Of a DNA stretch of 64,000 nt, positions 39,801 to 48,911 are shown one piece after another. The translations under genes and the position numbers were made by a program. The stretch is from Kiritimatiellia bacterium (GTDB lineage: Bacteria; Verrucomicrobiota; Kiritimatiellia; RFP12; JBMNHG01): the NCBI GenBank assembly GCA_050950285.1, contig JBMNHG010000002.1:374296-438295 (forward strand), in the 5' to 3' direction. Below the pieces are notes generated by a model. It was given only the letters and a program-made list of their open reading frames with translations. It was not told where the DNA came from and made no database searches. Positions within the stretch are counted from its first letter, which is position 1. Each line of letters begins with the position of its first letter.

Positions 39801-41902
39801 GTGAGGGCGAGCGGCGCGGGGCCGCCGGTTCCATCGCTTTCGTAGGCGCCGATGTCCCAGCCGTTGACGCCGCGGACTGTGCCGGCGATGTCCTTGCAGA
39901 ACTGCGCGGACAGATCGAGGCCGGCCGCAGCCGCGTCGGAATTCGCCGCGAGCCGGTAGTCGCCGTTGGCGCGGTCGACAAAGCAGGGGACGCCCTCGGA
40001 GCAATTCGACACATGTGCGCCCGTCCGATACCAGCAGATGCCGCCGGCATGGTTGCCATTGAAGAGACAGTTCTGGATCGTGGTCCCGTCGAGGACGCCA
40101 TGCTTGTTGTAGCCTGCGCCGCGGTTGAAGGCGAAGAGGGTGTTCTGGATCAGGGCCGAGACATCGTTGTGGTCGTTGGGGTTGCCTGTGTTCGAGCAGA
40201 TGCCGTCGCCCAGGTTGTCGGCGATCGTGCAGTTGCGGACGGCCAGCATGCCAATGTTGCCGCCGTAGCCGATGTTGCCGTTCATGTAAGCGATGCCGTC
40301 ACTGTGGTTTTTCACGATGAGGCAGTTGTCGAAGGTCCAGGACTGCGGGCAATGGTTGCCCCAGTTCGCGACGCCGTAGAAGCAGTTCGAGATCACGCAG
40401 GAATCGAAGGTCGTGAGCGTGCAGGCCGTGTCGAAGCGGACGCCGTTCCAACCCCACTCGGGATGCTGGCTCATGATGGTGAGCCTGCGCAGTTCGCAGT
40501 TTGCCGCGCCGCTCTGGAACCAGACGGCGACGGCAGTACCCGTGTCGCGGATGATCGTCGGGTCCTCGGGGGAGGCCACCGCCCAGGTGTTCGTGTCGAA
40601 GCCGCCCTCGAAGACGATGTTGGCCTTGGTCGCGATGAACGAAGGATAGATGCCTGCGCCGATCTTGATCATGTCGCCATTGGAAGCGGCGCTCAAGGCG
40701 CCCGCGACGGTTGCGAACGGGTCCTGCTGCGTACCGGCGCCGGCGTCATTGCCTGCGGGCGCCACAAACCAGGTGTTTCCGCTGGAGGCGAACGGGAGGA
40801 CCGTGATGTCGACGGTGGAAACGGACGTGTTGCCGGCGACGTTCATGGCGGTGAAGGTGACCTGCACGGTGCCGGGGGTGTAGATCGGGGTCGGGGAGAC
40901 CGCCAGGGAATAGATGCCAAGCGTGTCGGACGTGCCGTCGTCGATGTCGGCCGGCGCGAGGGGATACATGCCGTTGCTGTTGAGCATGATTTCGACGTCG
41001 TCGCGCGTGGCGATGGTCGGCGCGGCGGTGGTGTAGCCGATTTCTCCGGTCACGGGAACCGGATTGGGATCCGCGGCGTCCGTGCGGAACCAAGCCGTGA
41101 TCGAGACCGTGCCGTTCGTCGCAGGAGTGGGGAAGCTGACCCGGTTGGTGCACTGCATGCCCGGCGTGTAGGCGAGCCAGCCGCCAGCGGAAGGCTGGAC
41201 GGAACCATCGCCAACCACCAGCTGGTACTGGGTCGCGCCGGAAACCACGGGCAAGATTTCCACTGCGACAGCGTTCGAGCCGACATATTCCCTGCTGCGG
41301 GTGACAGGGTTCGCAAGCACCAGGTCGTCGGCCGCTTCGCCGACGACTTCAAGTTCGGGATAGCCGACGAATCCATTCTCCTGCGCGCCAAAATGGATGC
41401 GGATGGCCTGGACCATGGTGGCGAGGTATCCATCGGGATCGGCCAGCTTCGCGAAGCAGTTGTGGGACGGATCCTCATAGCTCACGGCACTGCCGGGGAT
41501 CGCCGTCCAACGGTTCTCGATATCCTGCACCTCGACGGACGAAATGCCAATCCTGTCGCGTCCGGTATCGCCCCACGACGAGTAGATGTTGACCCCGGAA
41601 ACCAAGCATGGGGCGTCGAAATCGTATGTAAGGACGGAGTTGTTGCCGACGGTATAGCGCCCGGCATCGCTGGAGGCATCAAGCCCGTCGGTGAGGACTC
41701 CCACGCCGCCACCATATCCTGCGGCATTGTTCACGACCGACGATGGCGTCTTGCCGGCAATCAGGTTGTCGGGCGCTGCGGTGAAACCGCCTGATCCAGT
41801 GGTTGAACCTGTAGTCCAAGTGGGTGCGGCGAACGCGGACGCACCCGAAAGCGCGAATGCGCAAGCCATGAACAACGATGAACACAACGAGCGGCTGGCC
41901 AT
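36812..41902 (-). CDS. Large secreted protein: discoidin-like N-terminal domain, Ig/HYR-like region, four DUF1565-like/parallel beta-helix modules; C-terminus GTMLLLR
   Basis: Signal peptide ending AFA-A; four ~330-aa repeats that start V...G.D..G.G....P[FY]A[TS] and end D[IL]GAY[EA]; many NCT.A.N.G repeats. Confidence 0.8.
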   Translation of the reverse strand: MASRSLCSSLFMACAFALSGASAFAAPTWTTGSTTGSGGFTAAPDNLIAGKTPSSVVNNAAGYGGGVGVLTDGLDASSDAGRYTVGNNSVLTYDFDAPCLVSGVNIYSSWGDTGRDRIGISSVEVQDIENRWTAIPGSAVSYEDPSHNCFAKLADPDGYLATMVQAIRIHFGAQENGFVGYPELEVVGEAADDLVLANPVTRSREYVGSNAVAVEILPVVSGATQYQLVVGDGSVQPSAGGWLAYTPGMQCTNRVSFPTPATNGTVSITAWFRTDAADPNPVPVTGEIGYTTAAPTIATRDDVEIMLNSNGMYPLAPADIDDGTSDTLGIYSLAVSPTPIYTPGTVQVTFTAMNVAGNTSVSTVDITVLPFASSGNTWFVAPAGNDAGAGTQQDPFATVAGALSAASNGDMIKIGAGIYPSFIATKANIVFEGGFDTNTWAVASPEDPTIIRDTGTAVAVWFQSGAANCELRRLTIMSQHPEWGWNGVRFDTACTLTTFDSCVISNCFYGVANWGNHCPQSWTFDNCLIVKNHSDGIAYMNGNIGYGGNIGMLAVRNCTIADNLGDGICSNTGNPNDHNDVSALIQNTLFAFNRGAGYNKHGVLDGTTIQNCLFNGNHAGGICWYRTGAHVSNCSEGVPCFVDRANGDYRLAANSDAAAAGLDLSAQFCKDIAGTVRGVNGWDIGAYESDGTGGPAPLALTHVATTGSDVAGDGSASAPFATLSHALGRTAPGGEIRVADGTYPGDALDFGLTKTNITVRGAYVVDTPDWTYSPATAETIVDGNGGSASSIGGGNRGCRLISLTLRGGTAYLGKNLSEAAGVRIAGNNPVFELEACRIAGNIFGIYGALNQKAQITLRNCILAKNSNHAVYFGNAGEVAYNPSVGPCTFLNCTVADNGGSGFWHDGNTDWADVVPIARNTIFANNNGYGITKRGATGGSSIENCLFYGNASGSYLNIGNTRMTIGDGIQEDKDPLFTDAANGDYTLRNLSPAATVGMDLTDDGISTDIAGTARPQNGWDLGAYESDVDGAPDEVFVDTAYVDAVQGSDDTGDGSSDSPFASVTYALAHLNGNGTIYIAGGTYQGSLTFGNERYGITLKGGYDPATWTWSPATHATVIRSTSPSASPVTIQGGSHSNVFECLTLAGGNGSNMAGGIYFDGSVDGTVIEGCILATNYYGIRIVSGAACPITARNTIFARNSSHGVFSDSWATGTHLFQNCTFADNGGSGYASNGNPDWSCGVPYFRNCVFSGNGGFGIDKHGQNGGGEVNHCYFYANRDGATRDYSNWNMAYAGGNDGGRDPLFADAAQLVYAPLDGSPLIDSGTNLTAEGVTKDILGTIRDDNWDIGAYASALDPEGDLPVVTHVSTAGSDATGDGSAENPYATLDKGIGAVAKGGLVKVAGGTYAGTLHLGIGDSLKTVRGGYDPVSWGWSPRSQSTVVHGNGGDALRAGTGAETNTVACLTLTGATWNGGVRFMGTVLGLTLDGCRISGNYYGILNDGTPEQYTEIACLNCVISDNAQEGIYYNFVGDWRYGRGIGSYCTLANCVVANNGGNGLACSQTSGAGDRDYCYPDVRNTIFANNGKYALYKSNVIWSDSNLWGNAFHCLFYNNAEGDFFRPDFINVAGNIGGDPLFTSDDPVDPYAIDAASPAINAGTNSVAEFGVDRDILGLRRPAMRRYDIGAYEFPCAQGTMLLLR

Positions 41903-42062
41903 AATCGGTACTCCTCAAACGCAAGCGGGAAACGTGGCAACCCCTGCCTCCAATTTCCAACTTATGCCGTTGAGGATAACATCCTTTAGAAAAGGGTCAA
42001 GGCGACATTTCCCACGCCTCGCTATTTGGCGCCGAAACTGGGAGGACCATGCGGTCGTTTTC

Positions 42063-42183
42063 GAGGCGCTTGCAAAACCCCCTTGCCGGTCGGGACAGAG
42101 CCCGACCCTCCCGATCCACCCCTGGGGACCGCCGTCCCCGGCGGGCTGGATGGTGCCGTCCGGCTGGGTTTGGCAAGAGCCTC
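42063..42183. mobile_element. MITE-like non-autonomous element (121 bp)
   Basis: TIRs GAGGCGCTTGCAAAACCC and GGGTTTGGCAAGAGCCTC (16/18 complementary); TTTC direct repeat at 42059-42062 and 42184-42187; internal hairpins. Confidence 0.7.
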
Positions 42184-42202
42184 TTTCATCGGCAACGGGC
42201 CT

Positions 42203-42230
42203 TTGAAGTGAGACGGGGATTTGGTATACT
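42203..42230 (+). promoter_or_regulatory. Promoter of the topoisomerase operon (very short leader)
   Basis: TTGAAG-16 nt-TATACT with extended TG, 9 nt before the ATG at 42240. Confidence 0.55.
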
Positions 42231-42239
42231 CCGTTCCCC

Positions 42240-44099
42240 ATGTCCTCCGCAGAACATCTTTCCGCCCTTCTCGCCTCCGAAGCGTCCGACTATGACGACA
42301 GTTCCATCAAGACGCTCTCCGACGTCGCCCACATCCGCGCCCGCCTCGGCATGTACATCGGCCGGGCCGGCGACGGCTCGCAGTACGAGGACGGCATCTA
42401 CATCCTGTTGAAGGAAGTCATCGACAATGCCGTCGACGAATTCATCATGGGCCATGGCAAGCGCATCGAGATCAAGCTGGACTTCGAGTCCGGCGAGGTC
42501 GTCGTGCGCGACTTCGGCCGCGGCATCCCGCTCGGGAAGGTGGTGGACTGCGTCTCCAAAAAGAACACCGGCGGAAAGTTCGACGACAAATCCTTCCAGT
42601 TCTCCGTGGGGATGAACGGCATCGGAACGAAGGCGGTCAACGCGCTGTCGTCCGTCTTCGAAGTCCGCTCCGTGCGCGCCGGCGAGTTTTCCTCGGCCTC
42701 CTTCCGCGAGGGCGAACTGACGGGCCAGGAGCGCGGCAAATGCACCTCCGCCGAACGCAACGGCACCTGCGTGCGCTTTGTGCCGGACGTGAAGATCTTC
42801 AAGAAATACCGCTTCCGCGAGGAGCACGTGCTGCGCCGCCTGCGGATGTACGCCTACCTCAACGTGGGGCTCACGCTCGACTTCAACGGATCGAAGATCG
42901 CCTCCGAAAACGGGCTGCTCGACCTGATCCGCGACGAGGCGGACGTGGAGCAGCTCTACACGCCCTTCTACTACCGTTCGAAACAGCTTGAAATCGTCTT
43001 CGTGCACACGAACAGCTTCGGCGAGTCGTACTTCTCCTTCGTGAACGGCCAGTTCACCACCGACGGCGGAACGCACCTCGCCGCCTTCAAGGAGGGCATC
43101 CTCAAGGCCGTCAACGAATACGCCAAGAAGAAATACGATGGCGACGACGTGCGGGACGGCATCGTCGGCGCCATTTCGGTGCGGGTGCAGAACCCTGTCT
43201 TCGAGGCACAGACGAAGAACAAGCTCGGCATGCCCGATCTCCGCAGCGGCTGGATGAACGAGGTGAAGCGCGTGGCGGAAGAGCTGTTCCACCGCGAGCC
43301 CGACGAGGCGGCGAAGCTCCTCGAGAAGGTTGTCTCCACCAGCGAGCTCCGCGCGGAGATCGGCAAGGTCAAGAAGCTCGCCCGCGAGCGCAAACGCGCC
43401 GTCACCGTGCGCGTGCCGCAGCTGAGCGACTGCAAGCGGCACCTGAACCTCGCGAAAGACACCGGACGCGACTCGATGATCTTCATCGTGGAGGGCCTCT
43501 CCGCCGCCGGCACCCTCAAGCAGGCCCGCGACGCCAACACCCAGGCGGTCTTCACCCTGCGGGGAAAGCCGCTCAACGTGTGCGAACTCAAGCGCGACGC
43601 CCTCTACAGGAACGAGGAACTCTTCAACCTCATGAAGAGCCTCGACATCGAGGAGTCCTACGAACGCCTCCGCTACGGGAAGGTCGTACTGGCGACGGAC
43701 GCGGACGTGGACGGCCTGCACATCCGCAACCTGATGATCACCTTCTTCATGAAGTTCTTCCCCCGCATCGTCAAGGAAGGCCACCTCTTCATCCTCGAAA
43801 CGCCCCTCTTCCGCGTCCGGAACAAGAAGGAGAACCACTACTGCTACTCCGAGGAAGACCGCGTGAACGCCATCGCCAAGCTCGGCAGGGGCTGCGAAAT
43901 CACCCGGTTCAAGGGCCTCGGCGAAATCAACCCCGGCGAGTTCAAGGATTTCATCGGAAAAGACATGCGCCTCACCCCGGTGGACGCCCGCCGCGACACC
44001 TCCATCCAGTCGACCCTGCAGTTCTACATGGGCTCCAACACGCGCGAACGCCGCCAGTACATCATGGACAACCTCGTTATCGACGAAACGGCGATGTAG
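42240..44099 (+). CDS. parE: Type IIA topoisomerase subunit B (ParE-like)
   Basis: EVIDNAVDE, DFGRGIP, GMNGIGTKAVNALS, EGLSA, LRGKPLN, TDADVDG.HI and RFKGLGE motifs. Confidence 0.88.
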   Translation: MSSAEHLSALLASEASDYDDSSIKTLSDVAHIRARLGMYIGRAGDGSQYEDGIYILLKEVIDNAVDEFIMGHGKRIEIKLDFESGEVVVRDFGRGIPLGKVVDCVSKKNTGGKFDDKSFQFSVGMNGIGTKAVNALSSVFEVRSVRAGEFSSASFREGELTGQERGKCTSAERNGTCVRFVPDVKIFKKYRFREEHVLRRLRMYAYLNVGLTLDFNGSKIASENGLLDLIRDEADVEQLYTPFYYRSKQLEIVFVHTNSFGESYFSFVNGQFTTDGGTHLAAFKEGILKAVNEYAKKKYDGDDVRDGIVGAISVRVQNPVFEAQTKNKLGMPDLRSGWMNEVKRVAEELFHREPDEAAKLLEKVVSTSELRAEIGKVKKLARERKRAVTVRVPQLSDCKRHLNLAKDTGRDSMIFIVEGLSAAGTLKQARDANTQAVFTLRGKPLNVCELKRDALYRNEELFNLMKSLDIEESYERLRYGKVVLATDADVDGLHIRNLMITFFMKFFPRIVKEGHLFILETPLFRVRNKKENHYCYSEEDRVNAIAKLGRGCEITRFKGLGEINPGEFKDFIGKDMRLTPVDARRDTSIQSTLQFYMGSNTRERRQYIMDNLVIDETAM

Positions 44100-44135
44100 C
44101 CCCCTCCCCTCCCCTTTCCCTTCCGTTCCCCCGTC

Positions 44136-46313
44136 ATGGCCAAGAAACACGTTCCCGCTCCGCCGCCCATCCAGATCGACGAGGCCCTCCTCTTCAATCC
44201 GGACGCCCCGCCCGCGCAGCCGTCCGGCGGCACGCCGCCCCTTCCCCCGCTCTTCTCGGGCATCGACCCCCCGGAAAAACCGGGCGACAAGGCGTCGCGC
44301 GCGGCGGAACCGCCCACGCCGCCGCCGCCCGCCACGCCCGCAGAACTTCCCCATCCGCGCGACCGAGGCCCGCTCGGACGGCTGATCGACGACAACTTCC
44401 TCCAGTTCGCCTCGTACACCATCTGCAACCGCGCCATCCCTACCGTCGAGGACGGCCTCAAGCCCGTCCAGCGCCGCATCCTGCACGCGCTGTGGGAGGC
44501 GGACGACGGCCGCTTCACCAAGGTGGCCGGCATCGTGGGCGACACGATGCACTACCATCCGCACGGCGACGCCTCCATCTACGAGGCCGTCGTGAACCTG
44601 GTGAACATGCGCTACCTCGTCGAAGGCCAGGGCAACTACGGCAACCTCTTCACCGGAGACCCCGCCGCCGCGCCCCGCTACATCGAGTGCCGCCTCACCG
44701 AACTCGCCCGCAAGGAGGTCTTCAGCCCCAAGATCACCGCCTTCGTCCCGAGCTACGACGGCCGCAACAAGGAGCCCGTCCTCCTCCCCGCGAAGCTTCC
44801 CCTCCTTCTCCTCCAGGGCGCGAAGGGAATCGCCGTGGGCCTCTCCACCGAGATCTTCCCGCACAACTTCAACGAGCTCGTCGAGGCGCAAATCGCCATC
44901 CTCCAGAAGAAGCCCTTCACCCTCTACCCCGACTTCCAGACCGGCGCCATCCTCGATGTCTCGGAGTACGACGACGGCCGCGGCAAGGTGAAGATCCGCT
45001 CCACCATCGAACCGCGCGACAAGAACAAGCTCGTCGTCACCTCGCTCGCGTGGGGACAGACCACCGAGTCGCTCATCAACTCCATCGAAGAGGCCATCCG
45101 CAAGAAGAAGGTCCGGGTGCGCGACATCACCGACCTGACCGCCCAGAAGGTCGAAATCGAACTCGTCCTCGCCCCCGGCGCCTCGCAGGAGAAGGTCACC
45201 CAGGAGCTCTACGCCTTCACCTCCTGCGAGACCTCCATCTCGTCCCGCCCCGTCGTGCTCTATCGCAACCGCCCGTGCGAGATGTCGCTCTCCGAGATCC
45301 TGCAGGCGAACACCGGGATGCTCGTGGACATCTTCCGGCGCGAGCTCGAGGTCCGCGCCGGCGAACTGGACGCCGCCTTCCACACGAAGACGCTCGAGCG
45401 GATCTTCATCGAAGAGCGCATCTACAAGCGCATCGAGGAACAGGAGACCTACGAAGCCGTCCAGCAGGCCGTCCTCGAAGGCTTCGTCCCCTTCCGGCCC
45501 CGCCTCCGCCGCGACGTCACGCCCGAGGATGTCGAGCAACTCCTCCAGATCCGGATCCGCCGCATCTCGCGCTACGACATCGAAAAGAACCGCCAGGAGA
45601 TCGAGGGCATCCTCAAGGAAGAGGCCGAAGTTCAGGACAACCTCCAGCACCTCCGCGCCTACGCCATCAAATACCTCAAGGGACTCCTCAAGACCTACGG
45701 CAAGAACTACCCGCGCATCAGCCGGATCGCAGACGCCCCCTTCGCCGCCATCGAGGTGCGGGAGCTCACCGCCTCCGAACTCGCCATCAAGTTCGACCGC
45801 GAGAACGGCTACATCGGATTCGACATCCGCGGCGGCGAGGAGCTCTTCAAGTGCTCTTCGCTCGACAAGCTGCTCGTGCTGTGGAACGACGGCCGGTGGC
45901 GCATGATCCCGCCGCCGGACAAGTTCTTCGTCGACAACAACCTCGAGCTGTGCCGCCCCTACGTGCGCGACGTGCCCTTCACCTGCGTCTACACCGAGCC
46001 CAGCTACGGCTTCACCTACATCAAGCGCTTCGCCTTCGGCGGCGCCATCCAGAACAAGGACTACCGCATCGCGCCGGAAAAGAGCAGGCTGCTCCTCTTC
46101 CAGGAAGGCGCCCCGGAGCAGATTTTCGTGAAGTACAAACCCGCGAAGGGCCAGCGCATCCACCAGCAGGTCTTCCTGCCGTCGGAGGTGCTCGTGAAAG
46201 GCATCAAAGCGCGCGGCGTCCAAATGACCTCGAAGGCGATCGCCCGCATCGCCACGGACAAGCCCCGCTGGTGGGACGACGCCGAAGGCTCCCCCAAGGG
46301 CGTGCTCGTGTAG
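44136..46313 (+). CDS. parC: Type IIA topoisomerase subunit A (ParC-like)
   Basis: DGLKPVQRRIL, YHPHGD, AAPRYIE (catalytic Tyr) and GIAVG motifs; short CTD with no GyrA box. Confidence 0.88.
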   Translation: MAKKHVPAPPPIQIDEALLFNPDAPPAQPSGGTPPLPPLFSGIDPPEKPGDKASRAAEPPTPPPPATPAELPHPRDRGPLGRLIDDNFLQFASYTICNRAIPTVEDGLKPVQRRILHALWEADDGRFTKVAGIVGDTMHYHPHGDASIYEAVVNLVNMRYLVEGQGNYGNLFTGDPAAAPRYIECRLTELARKEVFSPKITAFVPSYDGRNKEPVLLPAKLPLLLLQGAKGIAVGLSTEIFPHNFNELVEAQIAILQKKPFTLYPDFQTGAILDVSEYDDGRGKVKIRSTIEPRDKNKLVVTSLAWGQTTESLINSIEEAIRKKKVRVRDITDLTAQKVEIELVLAPGASQEKVTQELYAFTSCETSISSRPVVLYRNRPCEMSLSEILQANTGMLVDIFRRELEVRAGELDAAFHTKTLERIFIEERIYKRIEEQETYEAVQQAVLEGFVPFRPRLRRDVTPEDVEQLLQIRIRRISRYDIEKNRQEIEGILKEEAEVQDNLQHLRAYAIKYLKGLLKTYGKNYPRISRIADAPFAAIEVRELTASELAIKFDRENGYIGFDIRGGEELFKCSSLDKLLVLWNDGRWRMIPPPDKFFVDNNLELCRPYVRDVPFTCVYTEPSYGFTYIKRFAFGGAIQNKDYRIAPEKSRLLLFQEGAPEQIFVKYKPAKGQRIHQQVFLPSEVLVKGIKARGVQMTSKAIARIATDKPRWWDDAEGSPKGVLV

Positions 46314-46330
46314 TCCGGGAGGCTTCCCCC

Positions 46331-47575
46331 ATGCCACTTCGAACCCCATCGCGCCTCCTCCTCGCGGCTGCCGTGTTCCTCGGCGCGTTGTGGGCCGGAT
46401 GGCGCGTGGGCGTCGGCTCCCGCCCCGGAAACGGCGGGCCGTTTTTTTCGCGGCACGCCGCGGATTCGCCCCCGCCCGCCCCGCAAGCCCCCGGCCCGGA
46501 CGTGGCGGAAGCGAATCCGCGGCGCGCCCCGAGCGCGCCGGCCGCCCCGCCCGGAAGACACGGCGGCGGCAGGCCGAAGCCCGTCCCCGTGCCACCGCGC
46601 GAGGACGCCTCCGTGGCGCCGTCCCCCTCCCCCGGCGACGCAAACGATCCGCCGACGGCAACCGGAGACGCCCCAGGCGAACACCCGCTCTTCACGCTGC
46701 TGCGCGAGAACGACCGCCGCCCCATCCCGGATGCCGTGCGGAAGCTCGCCGGGGAGATCACCGCCAACGAGACCAATGCCGCCGGAAAGGCGCAGGCCAT
46801 CTACAACTGGATCACGGACAACATCCGCTACGACACCGGCGAGTGGCTCCACGTGGTGAACGGCGGCGACGGCTATTCGCTCGACCACGACCCCGAGAGC
46901 GTCCTCGAACGCGGCACCACCGTCTGCATCGGCTACGCCTGGCTCTTCAACGAACTCGCCCGTTCCGCGGGCATCGACTCCACCTACCTCGTCGGCAACA
47001 CGCGCGGCTACCGCGGCACGCCGGAGGACGAGGCCGCCAGCGGCTTCCGGCACGCCTGGAACGCCGTCAAGCTCGATGACGGCTGGGCCTTGCTCGATGC
47101 CACGTGGGGCGCCCGGCAGATCGACGAGGGCGACGACACCTACCTCGGGCGTCGCAACTACTATTTCAACACCCCGGCCGACCAGATGATCTTCGACCAC
47201 CTGCCGGAATCAAGCGAATGGCAGCTGCTGGAAAACCCGGTGCCGGACCGGGCTTCGTTCGAGTCGCTCCCCAACCTGAAGCCCGCCTTCTTCCGCCAGG
47301 GCATCCGCCTCGGCACGCCCTTCTCCGAGTCCATCGCCGTGAAAGACGGCACGGCGGCGCCGTTGATCGTCGCCGCGCCAAAGGGCGTCGCGCTCGCGGC
47401 AACCGTCACCACCGCCGATGGCGCCACCCGGAGAATCCCCGTCCGCGCGAACGACCGGGGCGTCGCCTTCGTCCAGGCGGACGGCCTGCCGTCCGGCACG
47501 AACCTCCTCCGCCTCTACGCGAAAGGCGCGAACGACGCGGCCTTCGAGTGTGCGGCGGATTTCGAGCTGCGCTGA
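46331..47575 (+). CDS. Membrane-anchored transglutaminase-like domain protein
   Basis: N-terminal TM, Pro-rich linker, and Cys-His-Asp triad motifs VCIGYA, HAWNAV, LDATWG. Confidence 0.85.
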   Translation: MPLRTPSRLLLAAAVFLGALWAGWRVGVGSRPGNGGPFFSRHAADSPPPAPQAPGPDVAEANPRRAPSAPAAPPGRHGGGRPKPVPVPPREDASVAPSPSPGDANDPPTATGDAPGEHPLFTLLRENDRRPIPDAVRKLAGEITANETNAAGKAQAIYNWITDNIRYDTGEWLHVVNGGDGYSLDHDPESVLERGTTVCIGYAWLFNELARSAGIDSTYLVGNTRGYRGTPEDEAASGFRHAWNAVKLDDGWALLDATWGARQIDEGDDTYLGRRNYYFNTPADQMIFDHLPESSEWQLLENPVPDRASFESLPNLKPAFFRQGIRLGTPFSESIAVKDGTAAPLIVAAPKGVALAATVTTADGATRRIPVRANDRGVAFVQADGLPSGTNLLRLYAKGANDAAFECAADFELR

Positions 47576-47600
47576 CGGCCGGCCGATTCCCCGCCGCGCG

Positions 47601-48851
47601 CTACGCGCCGCGGGCGTCGCGGTCCCGCTCGAGGAAGAAGACGCGGGCCAGCAGGATCACGAGCGCGCCCGCCAGATAGAAGACGGCGAGGGACGACATG
47701 CTCTTGGACATGTCGCCGAAGAGCCGCTCCATCCACGGGAGGACCGTCGAGGAAAGCGACCCGAAAAGGAAGGCGATGCACATCATGATGCCGACGCCCG
47801 AAGCGTGGTAGCGCGGGTTCACCACGTCGAAGAAGCTCGCCATGAAGTTGGAGTCGTACACGCCGCGGAAGAAGCCGAAGCCGAGCATCGCGACGCAGCA
47901 GGTCGCAAACGAATCGGCATTCGCCATCCAGACGATGAACGGGATCGCAAGGCCGAGGCCGATCACGCCCATGTCCAGGCGGATGCCGGGGCGCTTCGCC
48001 ACCAGGCGGTCGCCCGCACGGCTTCCGAGAAGAATGCCCAAAACGGCGCCCAGATAGTGCCAAAGCACCGCATGGAGCCCGTACCAGCGCTCCAGCGAAG
48101 GGACGCTCTCCAGGAAGGAGTCCCGCAGATACGCAGGCATCCAGTTCTTGAAGCCGATGTCCACGTAAATCATCATCGCCAGGCCGATGGACACGCAGAG
48201 CGCGGTCGGCTTGGCGAAGACGGCCTTCATGGCCTCCAGGATGCTCGGCTTCTCCGCCGTCCCGGCGGGGGAGGCCACCGGCGGCGTGTCCTTGAGGAAG
48301 ACGAGAAGCACCACGGACCACGCCAGGCCGATGCCGCCGAAGATCCAGAAGGGAAGACGCCAGTTCTCCCCGCCTTTGCCGGCGAGATAGCCCGCAAGGC
48401 CGCCGCAGCCGACGATTCCGATGTAGAGGCCCAGCTGGAGGATGGAGATGGCCGTGGCGCGGGATTCCTTGTGGAGCTGCGACACGAGGGACGTGGCGGA
48501 CGGATAGTAGAAGGTCTGCCCGAAGCCGTTGAGGATGCCGTAGGTCACCACCAGCCAGCCCACGGACGACGCGAAGCCCGAAAGGAAGATGCCGAGGCAG
48601 AAGATCGCCACGCCGATCGTCACCATCCACTTCCGGCGGAAGATGTCCGCCGTGATTCCGGCGAAGGGCACGCAGATGCCGTACATCATCGCGAACACCG
48701 TGCCGACCACGCCGATGGCGACCTTGTCGACGCCGAACGAGGCGCAGATGGCGGGCACCGAGGGCCCAAGGAGCTGGCGCGTGCCCTGCTGGAGGAAAAA
48801 CGCCACCCACAACAATGCGAGCGCCGTCCACTTGTAGTCGATCTTCTTCAT
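47601..48851 (-). CDS. MFS transporter
   Basis: About 12 hydrophobic segments; motif A-like GITADIFRRKW; ENWRLPFWIFG. Confidence 0.88.
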   Translation of the reverse strand: MKKIDYKWTALALLWVAFFLQQGTRQLLGPSVPAICASFGVDKVAIGVVGTVFAMMYGICVPFAGITADIFRRKWMVTIGVAIFCLGIFLSGFASSVGWLVVTYGILNGFGQTFYYPSATSLVSQLHKESRATAISILQLGLYIGIVGCGGLAGYLAGKGGENWRLPFWIFGGIGLAWSVVLLVFLKDTPPVASPAGTAEKPSILEAMKAVFAKPTALCVSIGLAMMIYVDIGFKNWMPAYLRDSFLESVPSLERWYGLHAVLWHYLGAVLGILLGSRAGDRLVAKRPGIRLDMGVIGLGLAIPFIVWMANADSFATCCVAMLGFGFFRGVYDSNFMASFFDVVNPRYHASGVGIMMCIAFLFGSLSSTVLPWMERLFGDMSKSMSSLAVFYLAGALVILLARVFFLERDRDARGA

Positions 48852-48911
48852 GCGGTTGCCTTGCCTGTCGTTGGAAACATCCAGGGGAATAATCACCCGG
48901 ACGATGGGTGC

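Noticed and set aside
25123..41902. Diversity-generating retroelement or invertible locus acting on the two giant paralogs
   Set aside because: No reverse transcriptase or recombinase, and no near-identical nucleotide repeats were seen.
24687..42187. tRNA-anchored genomic island or prophage
   Set aside because: No integrase, no duplicated tRNA 3' end seen, and core genes (pyrC, panB) lie inside the interval.
21376..46661. Long antisense ORFs 21376..24426, 26119..30381, 37583..41794 and 42186..46661
   Set aside because: Shadows of rpsA/tyrS, the secreted proteins and parE/parC.
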